This document shows, piece by piece, positions 52,520 to 62,695 of a DNA stretch of 64,000 nucleotides. Both the position numbers and the translations under genes were made by a program. The notes under the pieces were generated by a model that saw nothing but the letters and a program-made list of their open reading frames with translations, had not been told where the DNA came from and searched no databases. How positions within the stretch are numbered: position 1 is the first letter of the stretch; each line of letters opens with the position of its first letter. The stretch is from the NCBI GenBank assembly GCA_027338645.1, contig DAHWSH010000011.1, positions 130,546-194,545 of the forward strand. The letters are read 5' to 3'. The stretch comes from Pseudomonadota bacterium. GTDB taxonomy: Bacteria; Pseudomonadota; Gammaproteobacteria; JAKAQQ01.

Positions 52520-54669
52520 GGAGACGGTGGTGATTGGAGGCGACTGAAATCGGCTACAGTGGTCAGAAGACGGTTCACACGCTCGAGGAGCGCGAGACGC
52601 CGCGCCTTGAGCTGCGGGTTGGGCGAGAGAACAAGCACTTCGTCAAAAAATTGGGCTAGAGGATGCTGTAAGGCACTGAGGCGAACCAGAATCTCGTGGT
52701 AACGGTGGGCTGATGCTGCCTCGTCAACGGAGGGCTCAAGAGCACTGATCTGGGTGGCAAGACGGCTCTCGGCTTTCTCCCCCGATGGGCTAGACTCGCG
52801 ATCCGCCACAGCGGCTTCCGGATCGTTACGGCGCTTGAGCAGGTGACTGACTCGCTTGGCGATCTGTATGAGGGTGACGAGGGCAGACTGGTCCTTGAGC
52901 TGATTCAGAGCATCGAGTCGAAGTCTGGCCGCCCCGATGTTCGTAGGTTGAGTCGCGAGGACTGCTTCGAAGTGATCGGGACGGCCGCCGCTGTCGAGAT
53001 ACAGTCCACGAAAGCGCTCCAAGGTAAAAGCATAAAGTTCCTTGGCTTGAATCTCTCGATCTCCTAGCCCGTCCGGATATGCCACGAGGGCCGAACAGAA
53101 AAGAGAGGTCAGGGAGACATCCAGCAGGCATCGAAGGGCATCGGGCGGGCATCCACCCGGATCCTCAGCAGGATCCAAGAGACGGACAAGCCCAAGGGCC
53201 GCCCGGCGGAGGGCGTACGGATCACGTTGCCCAGACGGTTTTTCTCCGCTCAGAAAATAACCAGCCAGAAGGTCGATGCGGAGCGCCATGGATAGAGCCC
53301 GGCCAAGAGCGGTTTGGGGCAGGGGGCTGTTGACCGTCCCCGGGAGATAAGCCTCGGCCAAGGCCTTGCAGAGGATGGATCGACCACCGTGAGCTTCTGC
53401 ATAAGCTGCTCCGGCAATTCCAGCCAGTCCAGGAAATTCTCCGACGAGGTGGGAGGTGAGGTCAGCCAAAACCAGAGATCCGGCTTCTTCCGCCAGTGCG
53501 GCATCGATCCCAAAAGTATCCGCCCAGTGCGATAACCATTTCATGAGCCGCACGCGTCTTTGCCCCAGGTGACCCAACTTTTTCGCGAAGATGATTTCGT
53601 CGAGGGCAGGTAGACGATCAACAGGTGATCGCTTGAGATCTTCCTGGTAGAAAAAATGGGCGTCTGCGAGGCGAGGGTAAACCACCCGTTCCTCTCCACG
53701 GCGAACGCGTTGGGGATCGTGGCTTTCCAGGTTGACAACCGCCACAAAGCCGGGCTTCCAGTGCCCCGCGGTGTCGCAGAGAGGGAAGACCCGTTGCTGC
53801 CCGAGCAGCACCTCGGCCAGAACCGCTTCAGGGAGGGATAGGAACCGTTCTGGGAATGAGCCCGTCATCGCGCGTGGCCATTCCATCATATTGGCCACTT
53901 CTGCCAGAGTGGCTTCGTCCTGTACCGGGCGCCAGTCCGGATGCCATTCCTGTGCGGCCGTTTCGACGAGTGCCCAGATCCGGTTGCGAAGCCCGGGATC
54001 CTTCGATCCCTGGAGAAGCACGTGGCCGGATGCGAGTACGTTCTCGTAGTCCGCGCTCCGCATGACGGGTAACGGATCCGGATGATGTACCGGGTGTCCA
54101 TGGGTCAGGGGTTCAGCATCAAGCCCATAAACTCGTCCGGGAACAGGATGGTCGCCATGCAAAAGCAGAATAGAACGGATGGGCCGGACAAAAGGCGGAA
54201 CCCGGGAGCTCCAGCGCATCTCTCGATCCCGTGGTAGGTCTGTGAGCACCTTTTCGACCAAGGAATCCAGAACCTCGCTAAGGTGGATATCCGGTCGGCT
54301 GGTCCTGGAAATCAAGTGGCCATCTTCGCGACCGAGTTCCTCCCATCCGACCCCCTGTCTTCTGGCAAACCCCAGAGCTGCGGCAGAGGGACGGCCTTGG
54401 GCGTCAAAAGCACGCTCAAGGCTGGGGCCCCGACAAATCTCGGTTTGTCCTGGATTCACCGCGCGAACCCGGGAGATACGTACGGCCAAACGGCGTGGTG
54501 TATGCCAGGCCTCAACACCGGAGTCTGATCCGGCCCAACCCTGACCCTGCAGGGCAAGGAACAGCCGAGAGGAAAACTCCCGAGATAGGCCCGCGACGAG
54601 ACGCGCTGGCAACTCCAAGGTACCCACCTCGACCAGGAGATCTTGAGGGAGGGAGGAATGCTGATTCAT
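52516..54669 (-). CDS. glyS: Glycine--tRNA ligase beta subunit
   Basis: 717 aa, overlaps the glyQ stop; collinear with GlyS. Confidence 0.95.
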   Translation of the reverse strand: MNQHSSLPQDLLVEVGTLELPARLVAGLSREFSSRLFLALQGQGWAGSDSGVEAWHTPRRLAVRISRVRAVNPGQTEICRGPSLERAFDAQGRPSAAALGFARRQGVGWEELGREDGHLISRTSRPDIHLSEVLDSLVEKVLTDLPRDREMRWSSRVPPFVRPIRSILLLHGDHPVPGRVYGLDAEPLTHGHPVHHPDPLPVMRSADYENVLASGHVLLQGSKDPGLRNRIWALVETAAQEWHPDWRPVQDEATLAEVANMMEWPRAMTGSFPERFLSLPEAVLAEVLLGQQRVFPLCDTAGHWKPGFVAVVNLESHDPQRVRRGEERVVYPRLADAHFFYQEDLKRSPVDRLPALDEIIFAKKLGHLGQRRVRLMKWLSHWADTFGIDAALAEEAGSLVLADLTSHLVGEFPGLAGIAGAAYAEAHGGRSILCKALAEAYLPGTVNSPLPQTALGRALSMALRIDLLAGYFLSGEKPSGQRDPYALRRAALGLVRLLDPAEDPGGCPPDALRCLLDVSLTSLFCSALVAYPDGLGDREIQAKELYAFTLERFRGLYLDSGGRPDHFEAVLATQPTNIGAARLRLDALNQLKDQSALVTLIQIAKRVSHLLKRRNDPEAAVADRESSPSGEKAESRLATQISALEPSVDEAASAHRYHEILVRLSALQHPLAQFFDEVLVLSPNPQLKARRLALLERVNRLLTTVADFSRLQSPPSP

Positions 54670-55526
54670 CCAGTCCGGGCTCGGTAATCTTGGGCAACGG
54701 CCTGTGCCAGTTTGCGGACTCTCAGCACATACCGCTGCCGTTCTCCGACGGAGATGGCACGCCGTGCGTCGAGCAAGTTGAAGAGATGAGAAGCCTCAAT
54801 GACACGCTCGTAAGCCGGCCGGGGCAATCCCATCGAGAGGAGGTGTTTTACTTCCAACTCGATCTTCTGAAAACGATGGGCGAGCTCCGATGGATCGGCC
54901 TGCTCGAAGTTGTAATGGGACATCTCGACTTCATTGTCACGGAAAAGGTCACCGTAACGAAAGATCCGATCCCCCACCCCGTTTCCCCAAGGGAGACTGT
55001 ACATTTCGTCGGACTGGGATAGCGACATCAGGAGACGTTCTAGACCGTAGGTGACCTCCCCCATCACGGGCTCACAAGCGAAGCCACCCACTTGCTGGAA
55101 ATAGGTGAACTGGGCGACTTCCATGCCATTCAGCCAGACTTCCCAACCGAGTCCCCAAGCGCCTAGTGTGGGGGACTCCCAGTTATCCTCGACAAAGCGG
55201 ATCTCGTCCACACGGCGATCGACACCAATCGCTTCAAGAGAGGCCAGGAATTGGTCTTGGAAATGGTCGGGCACGGGCTTCTGGACCACTTGGTATTGGA
55301 AGTAGTGCTGTCCTCGGTTGGGATTATCCCCATAGCGACCATCTTGCGGACGGCGGCAGGGCTGGAGGAAGGCTGCTGCCCAAGGTTCTGAGTCGAGCGC
55401 TCTCAGGAAAGTGGCCGGATGAAAGGTGGCTGCTCCCATCGGGAGGTCCAGCGGAGGGAGCCAGAGGCAGCCCTCGGCGGTCCAGAACCGGTTGAGGGTA
55501 AAAACCACGTTTTGGAAATCCGTCAT
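54666..55526 (-). CDS. glyQ: Glycine--tRNA ligase alpha subunit
   Basis: Start at [20 protein letters not shown] (E. coli ...TLQDYWARQGC). The track ORF 54666..55679 is over-extended by 51 codons. Confidence 0.95.
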   Translation of the reverse strand: MTDFQNVVFTLNRFWTAEGCLWLPPLDLPMGAATFHPATFLRALDSEPWAAAFLQPCRRPQDGRYGDNPNRGQHYFQYQVVQKPVPDHFQDQFLASLEAIGVDRRVDEIRFVEDNWESPTLGAWGLGWEVWLNGMEVAQFTYFQQVGGFACEPVMGEVTYGLERLLMSLSQSDEMYSLPWGNGVGDRIFRYGDLFRDNEVEMSHYNFEQADPSELAHRFQKIELEVKHLLSMGLPRPAYERVIEASHLFNLLDARRAISVGERQRYVLRVRKLAQAVAQDYRARTG

Positions 55527-55715
55527 GCAGCAGTCCGAAGCCAAGCGGTGCAAAGTATACCCTGATCCAGTCTGGTCTCTCCTGCACCGATCCGGTGCGA
55601 ATTCGTCAGGTTCGGACGACTGACCCTGATGTGCGGTGCCCGTCCGTTCGTAACGATCGCTCTGGCACGGAATTTGCACTGACGAGGGTAATCCCTACTG
55701 CCCGAGGAGTCTGAT

Positions 55716-57125
55716 ATGCAATCCCACGAAGTTTTGGATTGGCTGGCCCAGAAACAGGTGCGTTATGTTGACCTCCGCTTCACCGACACTCGCGGGAAGG
55801 AACAGCATGTGACCTTGCCAATCACCGCTGTCAGCGAGGCGCTTTTCGTGGAGGGCAAGATGTTCGACGGTTCTTCGATCGTCGGCTGGCGTGGCATCCA
55901 GGACTCCGACATGATCCTCATGCCCGAACCGGATAGCCTTATTCTCGACCCTTTCCGCAGCGAGGTCACCGCGCTTCTGCGAGCCGATGTCTATGATCCG
56001 GCAAGCCGGAAACCCTATGTCCGCGATCCTCGCTCGCTTGCGAAACGTGCCGAAGATTACTTAAGGGCAACTGGAATTGCAGATTCCCTGATGGTGGGCC
56101 CGGAGAACGAATTCTTTATTTTTGATAGCGTACGCTGGAACCACTGCCTGAACGGTGCGTTTTACGAGATCGACTCCTGGGAAGGGGCCTGGAACTCAGG
56201 AACCCAGAAGGAAGGCGGTAACCCGGGTCACCGACCGGTGGCCAAGGGGGGCTATTTCCCCGTGCCCCCGGTAGACTCCCTGCAGGATCTGCGCTCGGAA
56301 ATCTGCACCACGCTCACGAAACTCGGGCTCCGGGTCGAGGTACACCACCACGAAGTGGCGACCGGGGGACAATGTGAGATTGGAGTGGGTTTCGACCATC
56401 TGGTCCGGAAGGCCGACGAGGTTCAACTCCTGAAGTACGTGGTGCAGAACGTCGCGGCTCAACACCAGAAAACCGCGACTTTTATGCCGAAGCCGCTGGT
56501 CGGAGACAATGGTAATGGCATGCATGTTCATACCTCTCTCGTCAAGGGGACGGAAAACCTATTCGCGGGCAAAGGTTATGGTGGGCTATCTGATCTGGCC
56601 CTCTTTTTCATCGGTGGCGTGATCCATCATGCGCGAGCCCTGAATGCACTAACCAATCCCTCGACTAACAGTTACCGCCGGCTTGTGCCCGGCTTCGAGG
56701 CTCCAGTCAAGCTGGCGTATTCAGCTCGAAACCGATCTGCGGCAATTCGTGTTCCATTCACCCAAAGTCCAAAAGGCCGCCGAATCGAGATCCGCTTTCC
56801 GGACAGTACGGCCAACCCTTACCTCGCTTTTGCGGCCTTGCTCATGGCAGGGATCGACGGCATCCAGAAAAAAATGCATCCGGGCGAACCCCGGGATGTG
56901 GACCTGTATGAGCTAACGCCTGAGGAGGATCGACGAATTCCCCAGGTAGCGTATTCACTTGAGTCTGCTCTGGAGGCTCTGTCGGCCGACCGGGGATTTC
57001 TGACCGCGGGGGGGGTTTTTACCGACGATCTTCTGGACGCGTATGTCCGGATCAAGGAGCAGGAACTCGCTGCTGTACGCATGTGCGTCCATCCAGTCGA
57101 GTTCGAACTCTACTATTCCCTCTGA
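55716..57125 (+). CDS. glnA: Glutamine synthetase type I
   Basis: 469 aa; adenylylation-site region, catalytic motifs (FDGSS, GPENEFF, NPYL). Confidence 0.98.
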   Translation: MQSHEVLDWLAQKQVRYVDLRFTDTRGKEQHVTLPITAVSEALFVEGKMFDGSSIVGWRGIQDSDMILMPEPDSLILDPFRSEVTALLRADVYDPASRKPYVRDPRSLAKRAEDYLRATGIADSLMVGPENEFFIFDSVRWNHCLNGAFYEIDSWEGAWNSGTQKEGGNPGHRPVAKGGYFPVPPVDSLQDLRSEICTTLTKLGLRVEVHHHEVATGGQCEIGVGFDHLVRKADEVQLLKYVVQNVAAQHQKTATFMPKPLVGDNGNGMHVHTSLVKGTENLFAGKGYGGLSDLALFFIGGVIHHARALNALTNPSTNSYRRLVPGFEAPVKLAYSARNRSAAIRVPFTQSPKGRRIEIRFPDSTANPYLAFAALLMAGIDGIQKKMHPGEPRDVDLYELTPEEDRRIPQVAYSLESALEALSADRGFLTAGGVFTDDLLDAYVRIKEQELAAVRMCVHPVEFELYYSL

Positions 57126-57208
57126 TCCAGGAACCCGGCTGCGGATCAATTGGCAGTCGGACAGTCGATCCAGTAGGATGAAACTCTCCACTGACGAGGA
57201 TCTCCTAG

Positions 57209-57829
57209 GTGGCGACAGGTGTTTCAGAACTCGTAGCCGGCTATCATCGCTTTCGCGACCACTACTTTGTCGCTGACCGCACCCTCTATGAGGGTCTTGC
57301 CCAGAGTGGGCAATCTCCCTTGGCCCTTGTCATCGGTTGTTGCGATTCCCGCGTCGATCCGGCAATTCTCACTGATTGCAGGCCAGGAGACCTGTTCGTC
57401 ATCCGTAATGTGGCTAACCTGGTCCCCCCTTGTGAGTCCGGTGGTCTCTACCATGGCACGAGTGCGGCTCTCGAATTCGGAATCTGCGATCTCGAAATTC
57501 CTGAACTCATCGTTCTTGGGCATGCCCAGTGTGGAGGAATCCGGTCTATGGTCGAGGGCGTGAAGCGCTCGGACTCTTTCATTTCGGACTGGATGCAGAT
57601 GGCAACCCCTGTGTGCACCCATGCCCGTGAAATTGCGAATGGCCGGCCTTTCATCCGGGTTTGTGAACAGGAAGCGATTCGGCTGTCGCTGGGCAACTTG
57701 CTGACCTTCCCTTGGATTCGGGATCGGGTCGAGCGAGGAAAGCTCACCTTGCACGGCTGGTATTTCGATCTTGAGGCTGGGGAACTACTACGCTACGAAC
57801 CCCAAACCGGAGTATTCGAAAGCCTTTAG
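57209..57829 (+). CDS. can: Beta-class carbonic anhydrase
   Basis: 206 aa; CCDSRV and HAQCGG zinc-ligand motifs; GTG start. Confidence 0.9.
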   Translation: MATGVSELVAGYHRFRDHYFVADRTLYEGLAQSGQSPLALVIGCCDSRVDPAILTDCRPGDLFVIRNVANLVPPCESGGLYHGTSAALEFGICDLEIPELIVLGHAQCGGIRSMVEGVKRSDSFISDWMQMATPVCTHAREIANGRPFIRVCEQEAIRLSLGNLLTFPWIRDRVERGKLTLHGWYFDLEAGELLRYEPQTGVFESL

Positions 57830-58614
57830 ATCCCGTCCCCGGGTGATGCTCCCCCGTTCGTAACCAACCGGGCCTTTGGAACTGATCCGGACGCGGATAT
57901 CCGTTCGCTTGGCGGCCGATCTGCTGGTCGGGGTAGCTGTTCCCAGAGCTGGAAGGCAAAGAGCACGCCGGTGGAAGTGACTGGCAGTCCTGCCTGACTT
58001 AGCGCCTCTGCTGTCCAGGTATTGCAGGTATGAAAGGCGTCATAAGAAAGTTTTGAGACGAAGAATTCGCTTTGGGGAGCAGGCCCTTCAGAGATGGGTT
58101 CAAGATGGCCCGCGGGGGTTTTTTTCAGGGTTCGTTCAAGATAACGCCTCAATCTTGCCACTCCCTTCTGGCTGAGAGTGACTGGACGAAGATGCGTGGA
58201 AGTGCCGAGGCACACGGGAGGCTTGCGCCGACAGGCCTGTACAAGAACAACGCTGGTGGAAGGGAATAGTGCAGAAAGCGCTGTCCAGATTCCCGGGTGC
58301 GCCGCCGTATAGAATTTACGGTTCCCCCAGCCAAATACGAGGAAACGTGATTGAGGGGGGAAAGAGAACTGGGAAAACAGGGTGTGTCCTGTCGTGGCTC
58401 GGGAAAGTACCAGCCCCGTGTGCCAGCCCACCCTGAGCACCCACACACGCAGGGGAGATGGCCCCAAGGCCGCTCTGGTTCTTCTGGGATGAGCCAGAAG
58501 AACGGGTGAGTTGACGGGCATCGCTACACACCCGCCGATTCCGAGTGGCAGGGTACAAACCATGATCACGCCAACCAGGGATCGGAATCCAGGCACATGA
58601 GTATTCACGGTCAT
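57826..58614 (-). CDS. Hypothetical protein, DUF2459/TIGR02117-like (start uncertain)
   Basis: GWHTGLVL and YDAFHTCNTW segments resemble the TIGR02117 family as I remember it. Track ORF 57826..58668. Confidence 0.45.
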   Translation of the reverse strand: MTVNTHVPGFRSLVGVIMVCTLPLGIGGCVAMPVNSPVLLAHPRRTRAALGPSPLRVWVLRVGWHTGLVLSRATTGHTLFSQFSFPPQSRFLVFGWGNRKFYTAAHPGIWTALSALFPSTSVVLVQACRRKPPVCLGTSTHLRPVTLSQKGVARLRRYLERTLKKTPAGHLEPISEGPAPQSEFFVSKLSYDAFHTCNTWTAEALSQAGLPVTSTGVLFAFQLWEQLPRPADRPPSERISASGSVPKARLVTNGGASPGDGI

Positions 58615-58694
58615 CGAAGAATAGCACTCTTTGGGCTCGATCCCCGTACTCAAGGCCTCTTGTCTCACCTCGTGGACCGGTTTATGCTTGAACT

Positions 58695-59288
58695 ATGAAA
58701 AAGCTTAGCCTTGTTGGCGGTCTTTGTGTGGGTTTGGGCCTCATCGGTATGGCCTGTGCGCAACCTGTTTACACCTGGGTTGGGCGTAACGGCGTACGGC
58801 ACTACTCCGATGTCCCGCGACCAGGTGCGAAAAAGCTGGTTCTGGGTGGAGGTCTGTCTATCTTTTCTGTTAAGCCTGTCAGGCTAGGGGCACTTGGAAG
58901 AGGGCGTGTTGTACGCCAAGCCGCGCTCCATAATCGTTATCACTTGGCGATTCTAAGCCCAACCAACCAGCAATCACTGTTCAACATCGGGGGTGTACTC
59001 ACAGCGTCTGTGATGCTTTCCCCTCCGCTGGAGGGCGGTGACGCTCTGCTTTACCTGCTGGACGGCAAGCCTCAAGGGAGCGCAACCCAGGCGACGAGCC
59101 GGATCCTGCATCACGTTTGGCGGGGAACCCATGTACTCACTGTCGAGATCGTCTCCCCGCAAGAAGCGGTTCTCGCAAGCCGATCCGTTACCTTCTACGT
59201 GCATCAACACTCGATCCTTGCACCGCCGCCGCTGGGTGCCGTCCAGCAGATCAAACCCGCTGGCCCAATCCACGCGATCCCGCACTGA
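58695..59288 (+). CDS. Secreted DUF4124-like protein
   Basis: Signal peptide then YTWVGRNGVRHYSDVP (DUF4124 hallmark). Confidence 0.55.
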   Translation: MKKLSLVGGLCVGLGLIGMACAQPVYTWVGRNGVRHYSDVPRPGAKKLVLGGGLSIFSVKPVRLGALGRGRVVRQAALHNRYHLAILSPTNQQSLFNIGGVLTASVMLSPPLEGGDALLYLLDGKPQGSATQATSRILHHVWRGTHVLTVEIVSPQEAVLASRSVTFYVHQHSILAPPPLGAVQQIKPAGPIHAIPH

Positions 59289-59366
59289 TTTCTGGAAGAA
59301 CTCACCGGCTGGGGCCGAGCAAGAGCGTTCAAGCGGAACTTTTGTAGCCTGCACTATAATGGTGCA

Positions 59367-60431
59367 GTGGATAAGGTAAAGTCCCTAAACCGATTGTCGG
59401 CAGATGCGACGAGTCTTCTGGATGGTCTTGCCACAGCGGTCATTCGGATCGATTCCGGCTTGGATCTCCTCTATGCCAATGCGGCGGCGACTGACCTGTT
59501 CGAGTTACCACAATCCGCCATGGGTCGGCCCCTGATTGATGCGGTGACCGCCTTTGCGCCCCTGGCCCCGTTTCTGTCCGGCCAGCTTGCCGTCGGTGAG
59601 ATTCGCACCTATCGTGAACTTGAGCTTGCGGTGGGCGGGCGGACGGTCACACTCGACTGTATTGTCTCTCCTTTTCCGGCAGCCGAACTCATTCTTGAAC
59701 TATATCCCCTCGATCGTCATCTGCTGATCAGCCGCGAGGATGCCCTGACTCAGCGTTATCAAGCGGGCCGAGCCCTGCTCCTCCAGCTCGCTCATGAGAT
59801 CCGCAATCCGTTGGGCGGGGTTCGGGGTGCGGCCCAACTGCTTGAGGCGGAGCTTGAGGATCCGTCGCTTCGCGACTATACCCGGATTATTCTGAGCGAG
59901 GTCGATCGCCTCGGGGGGTTGGTCGAAGCGCTGCTGGGCCCGCTTACGCCGCCCAGGCGTTTTCCGCTTAATATCCACGAGCCCACTGAGCATGTTCTGC
60001 GCATGATCGAGACGGAGCGGGTACCCGAACTGCGATTGGCCCGAGATTATGATCCCAGCTTGCCCGAACTGTTCCTGGACCGTGATCTTTTGATACAGGC
60101 CCTCCTCAACCTCATCCGTAATGCACGACAAGCCATGCAGGATACCGGAACCATCCGGATCCGGACCCGGATCGAGCGGCAGTACACGATCCAGGGAAAG
60201 CGTCACCCGTTGGCCATACGCCTTGATGTTGAGGACGAGGGGCCGGGAGTGCCGCCGGAACTCGGGGAACGGCTGTTCCTTCCTCTGGTGAGTGGCCGGC
60301 CGGGAGGCACAGGGCTCGGACTCGCGATTGCTCAGGATCTCGTCCAGCGGCAGGGGGGACTCATCGAGTGGAAGAGCCGGCCCGGAAGGACCGTTTTCTC
60401 GGTCCTTTTGCCTCTTGGAGAGAACCTATGA
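59367..60431 (+). CDS. ntrB: Nitrogen regulation sensor histidine kinase NtrB
   Basis: 354 aa; PAS-like N-terminus, H-box LAHEIRNPLGG, ATPase G-boxes (GTGLGLAIA). Confidence 0.93.
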   Translation: MDKVKSLNRLSADATSLLDGLATAVIRIDSGLDLLYANAAATDLFELPQSAMGRPLIDAVTAFAPLAPFLSGQLAVGEIRTYRELELAVGGRTVTLDCIVSPFPAAELILELYPLDRHLLISREDALTQRYQAGRALLLQLAHEIRNPLGGVRGAAQLLEAELEDPSLRDYTRIILSEVDRLGGLVEALLGPLTPPRRFPLNIHEPTEHVLRMIETERVPELRLARDYDPSLPELFLDRDLLIQALLNLIRNARQAMQDTGTIRIRTRIERQYTIQGKRHPLAIRLDVEDEGPGVPPELGERLFLPLVSGRPGGTGLGLAIAQDLVQRQGGLIEWKSRPGRTVFSVLLPLGENL

Positions 60432-61795
60432 CCGTTCGCGGACGGATCTGGATTGTGGATGACGATGCCTCGACCCGCTGGGTCTTCGAAAAGGCACTCA
60501 CGAAGTCTGACTACAAAGTGAAGGGATTTTCCCATCTCGGCGAGTGCGAGGAAGCACTGGAGGATGAGGAGCCCTCAGCGCTGATTCTGGACATCCGCCT
60601 GCCGGATGGTGATGGGCTCGATTTTTTATCCGTCTGGTCCCGGCGATTCCCCATGCGGCCCGTCATCGTCGTCACCGCCCATGCAGATTTCCTGAACGCA
60701 ATCCAGGCCTATGAAAAGGGGGCTTTTGAATACCTGCCCAAACCTGTTGACCTGCGCGAGCTTATGGCGGTTGTGGAGCGTGCACTCTCTCACCCGGCTC
60801 CGGGTGAAGGAAGCCGGAAACGTGGCTCGTCCTCGCCACTCATCGGTGCGGCACCCGCAATGCAGAGGGTTTTCCGCCAGATCGGCCGACTGGCCAGAAG
60901 CGACGTTACGGTTCTCGTGAGCGGAGAATCCGGAACGGGTAAGGAACTCGTCGCCCGTGCCCTTCATGCCCATGGCCCGCGGACGAAAGGACCGTTCATT
61001 GCCATTAATGCAGCCGCCATTCCTGCTGAACTGCTCGAGACCGAACTATTTGGACACGAACGGGGGGCATTCACAGGCGCGATCAGCGGGCGTGTCGGTC
61101 GTTTCGAACAGGCCCAGGGAGGAACGCTTTTCCTCGACGAGATCGGCGATATGCCCTTCACGCTTCAGACTCGTCTCCTGCGGGTCATTGCTGAACATGA
61201 ATTCTTCCGGGTAGGTGGCGAGAAAACCGTGGCAACCGATGCTCGTCTGGTGGCGGCGACTCACCAAGATCTTGCAGCGCTTGTACGCTCGGGCCGCTTC
61301 CGCGAAGATCTCTACCACCGGCTCAATGTAGTTGAAATCCATCTTCCTCCGCTTCGCGAACGCCTCGCCGATCTGCCATTGCTTCTCGAACATTTTCTTC
61401 GTGAGGCGAGTGTCGAGTTTGGGCTCCCCCCTCCTCGTCTTGCCCCTGAAGCCGTTGACGAACTCCAGCACTGGCCTTGGCGGGGCAATATCCGGGAATT
61501 GGTTAACTTTTGCCGAAGAATTGTGCTTGAGCCCCCGGGACCGCTCGTGCGAGTTGAAGATCTTAAAAGTTTTCGACCTGCTTCGAGTCCAGATCGAACA
61601 CCGGAGTGGGGTGAGGTTTTAGTCCAGTGGTGCCATACGGCCTCTCCGGTTGATTATGCCCAGGCGCTCAAGGCGGCCGAACGGATTCTCATTGAGGTTG
61701 CCCTGGAACGAACGGACGGTCATCGTCAGGAGGCAGCTCGGCTCTTGGGAATGGGGCGCAATACGCTGACTCGCAAACTCGCCGGGCGGAAATAG
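60428..61795 (+). CDS. ntrC: Nitrogen regulation response regulator NtrC (sigma-54-dependent)
   Basis: Start [13 protein letters not shown] (ATGA overlap with the ntrB stop); receiver domain, AAA+ sigma-54 activator ([14 protein letters not shown]), C-terminal HTH. Track ORF 60368.. is over-extended. Confidence 0.95.
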   Translation: MTVRGRIWIVDDDASTRWVFEKALTKSDYKVKGFSHLGECEEALEDEEPSALILDIRLPDGDGLDFLSVWSRRFPMRPVIVVTAHADFLNAIQAYEKGAFEYLPKPVDLRELMAVVERALSHPAPGEGSRKRGSSSPLIGAAPAMQRVFRQIGRLARSDVTVLVSGESGTGKELVARALHAHGPRTKGPFIAINAAAIPAELLETELFGHERGAFTGAISGRVGRFEQAQGGTLFLDEIGDMPFTLQTRLLRVIAEHEFFRVGGEKTVATDARLVAATHQDLAALVRSGRFREDLYHRLNVVEIHLPPLRERLADLPLLLEHFLREASVEFGLPPPRLAPEAVDELQHWPWRGNIRELVNFCRRIVLEPPGPLVRVEDLKSFRPASSPDRTPEWGEVLVQWCHTASPVDYAQALKAAERILIEVALERTDGHRQEAARLLGMGRNTLTRKLAGRK

Positions 61796-61798
61796 CCC

Positions 61799-62563
61799 TT
61801 GATCACCTCGCATGCCATGGGCACGGGTCCCCGAGTTTCGGTCTGGGTTCATGGCTGGCTCCGCTCATCCCGAATCTATGAGCCACTCCTTCCGTTTATG
61901 AACCCGCAGGCTGAACGTTGGATTTTTGTTGATTTACCGGGTTATGGTGAGAATCGGCAGATCCCAGGCCACTTCACGGTCGACGGTGCAGTCACGGAAC
62001 TGGTTCGATTCGCGGATGAGATCCGCTTGGATAGGGCACGCTGGGTGGGGCACTCCATGGGAGGACTTGTGATCCAGCGCCTTGCCTGCAGGGTGCCGGA
62101 ACGAGTGGCCTCCCTTGTTGGGATCGCTCCTGTCCCCATGAGCGGGTTAGCGCTCAACGAGCGGGCACGGGAAGTCTATCGGGAGGCCTGTACATCAGAG
62201 GAGGCCCGCTTCCGGGTTTTCAGGCGGCTTGCCGGTCCAACGATATCTCCCGAAACCATCCGGACCTGGGTGGCACACAGTCGGACCGAGACCCAAGATG
62301 AAGCACTTTGGACTTATCTCGAATCATGGTCGTTCGAGCGGCAGGAACCTTTCGCTTCGGGTCTCAGTGCAATTCCATTTGTCCTGGTCGCGGGCGCGAC
62401 GGATCCCGCCATCACAACAGCACGGGTCACGGAATCGATTGCTCCACTCTACCGCCATTTTGAGGTCCACATCCTCGATGGAGTCGGTCACCTGCCGGTG
62501 GAGGAGGATGCCGCCCGGGTTGCACAGGCGCTTGTCAGGGAGTCGGTGCAACCGACGAGATAG
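61799..62563 (+). CDS. Alpha/beta-fold hydrolase
   Basis: 254 aa; nucleophile elbow GHSMGG. Confidence 0.6.
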   Translation: MITSHAMGTGPRVSVWVHGWLRSSRIYEPLLPFMNPQAERWIFVDLPGYGENRQIPGHFTVDGAVTELVRFADEIRLDRARWVGHSMGGLVIQRLACRVPERVASLVGIAPVPMSGLALNERAREVYREACTSEEARFRVFRRLAGPTISPETIRTWVAHSRTETQDEALWTYLESWSFERQEPFASGLSAIPFVLVAGATDPAITTARVTESIAPLYRHFEVHILDGVGHLPVEEDAARVAQALVRESVQPTR

Positions 62564-62695
62564 TAAACGTTTCCATTGACTTTTGGCCTGTCGTTCAAGC
62601 CTACCGACCCAGACTCCTGACTGCAATTGTGGTTTGCATTCTGGGAACAAGAATCGGGCGGCCAGTGTTTCTGCGGGCTCACATTCCAACCGACT

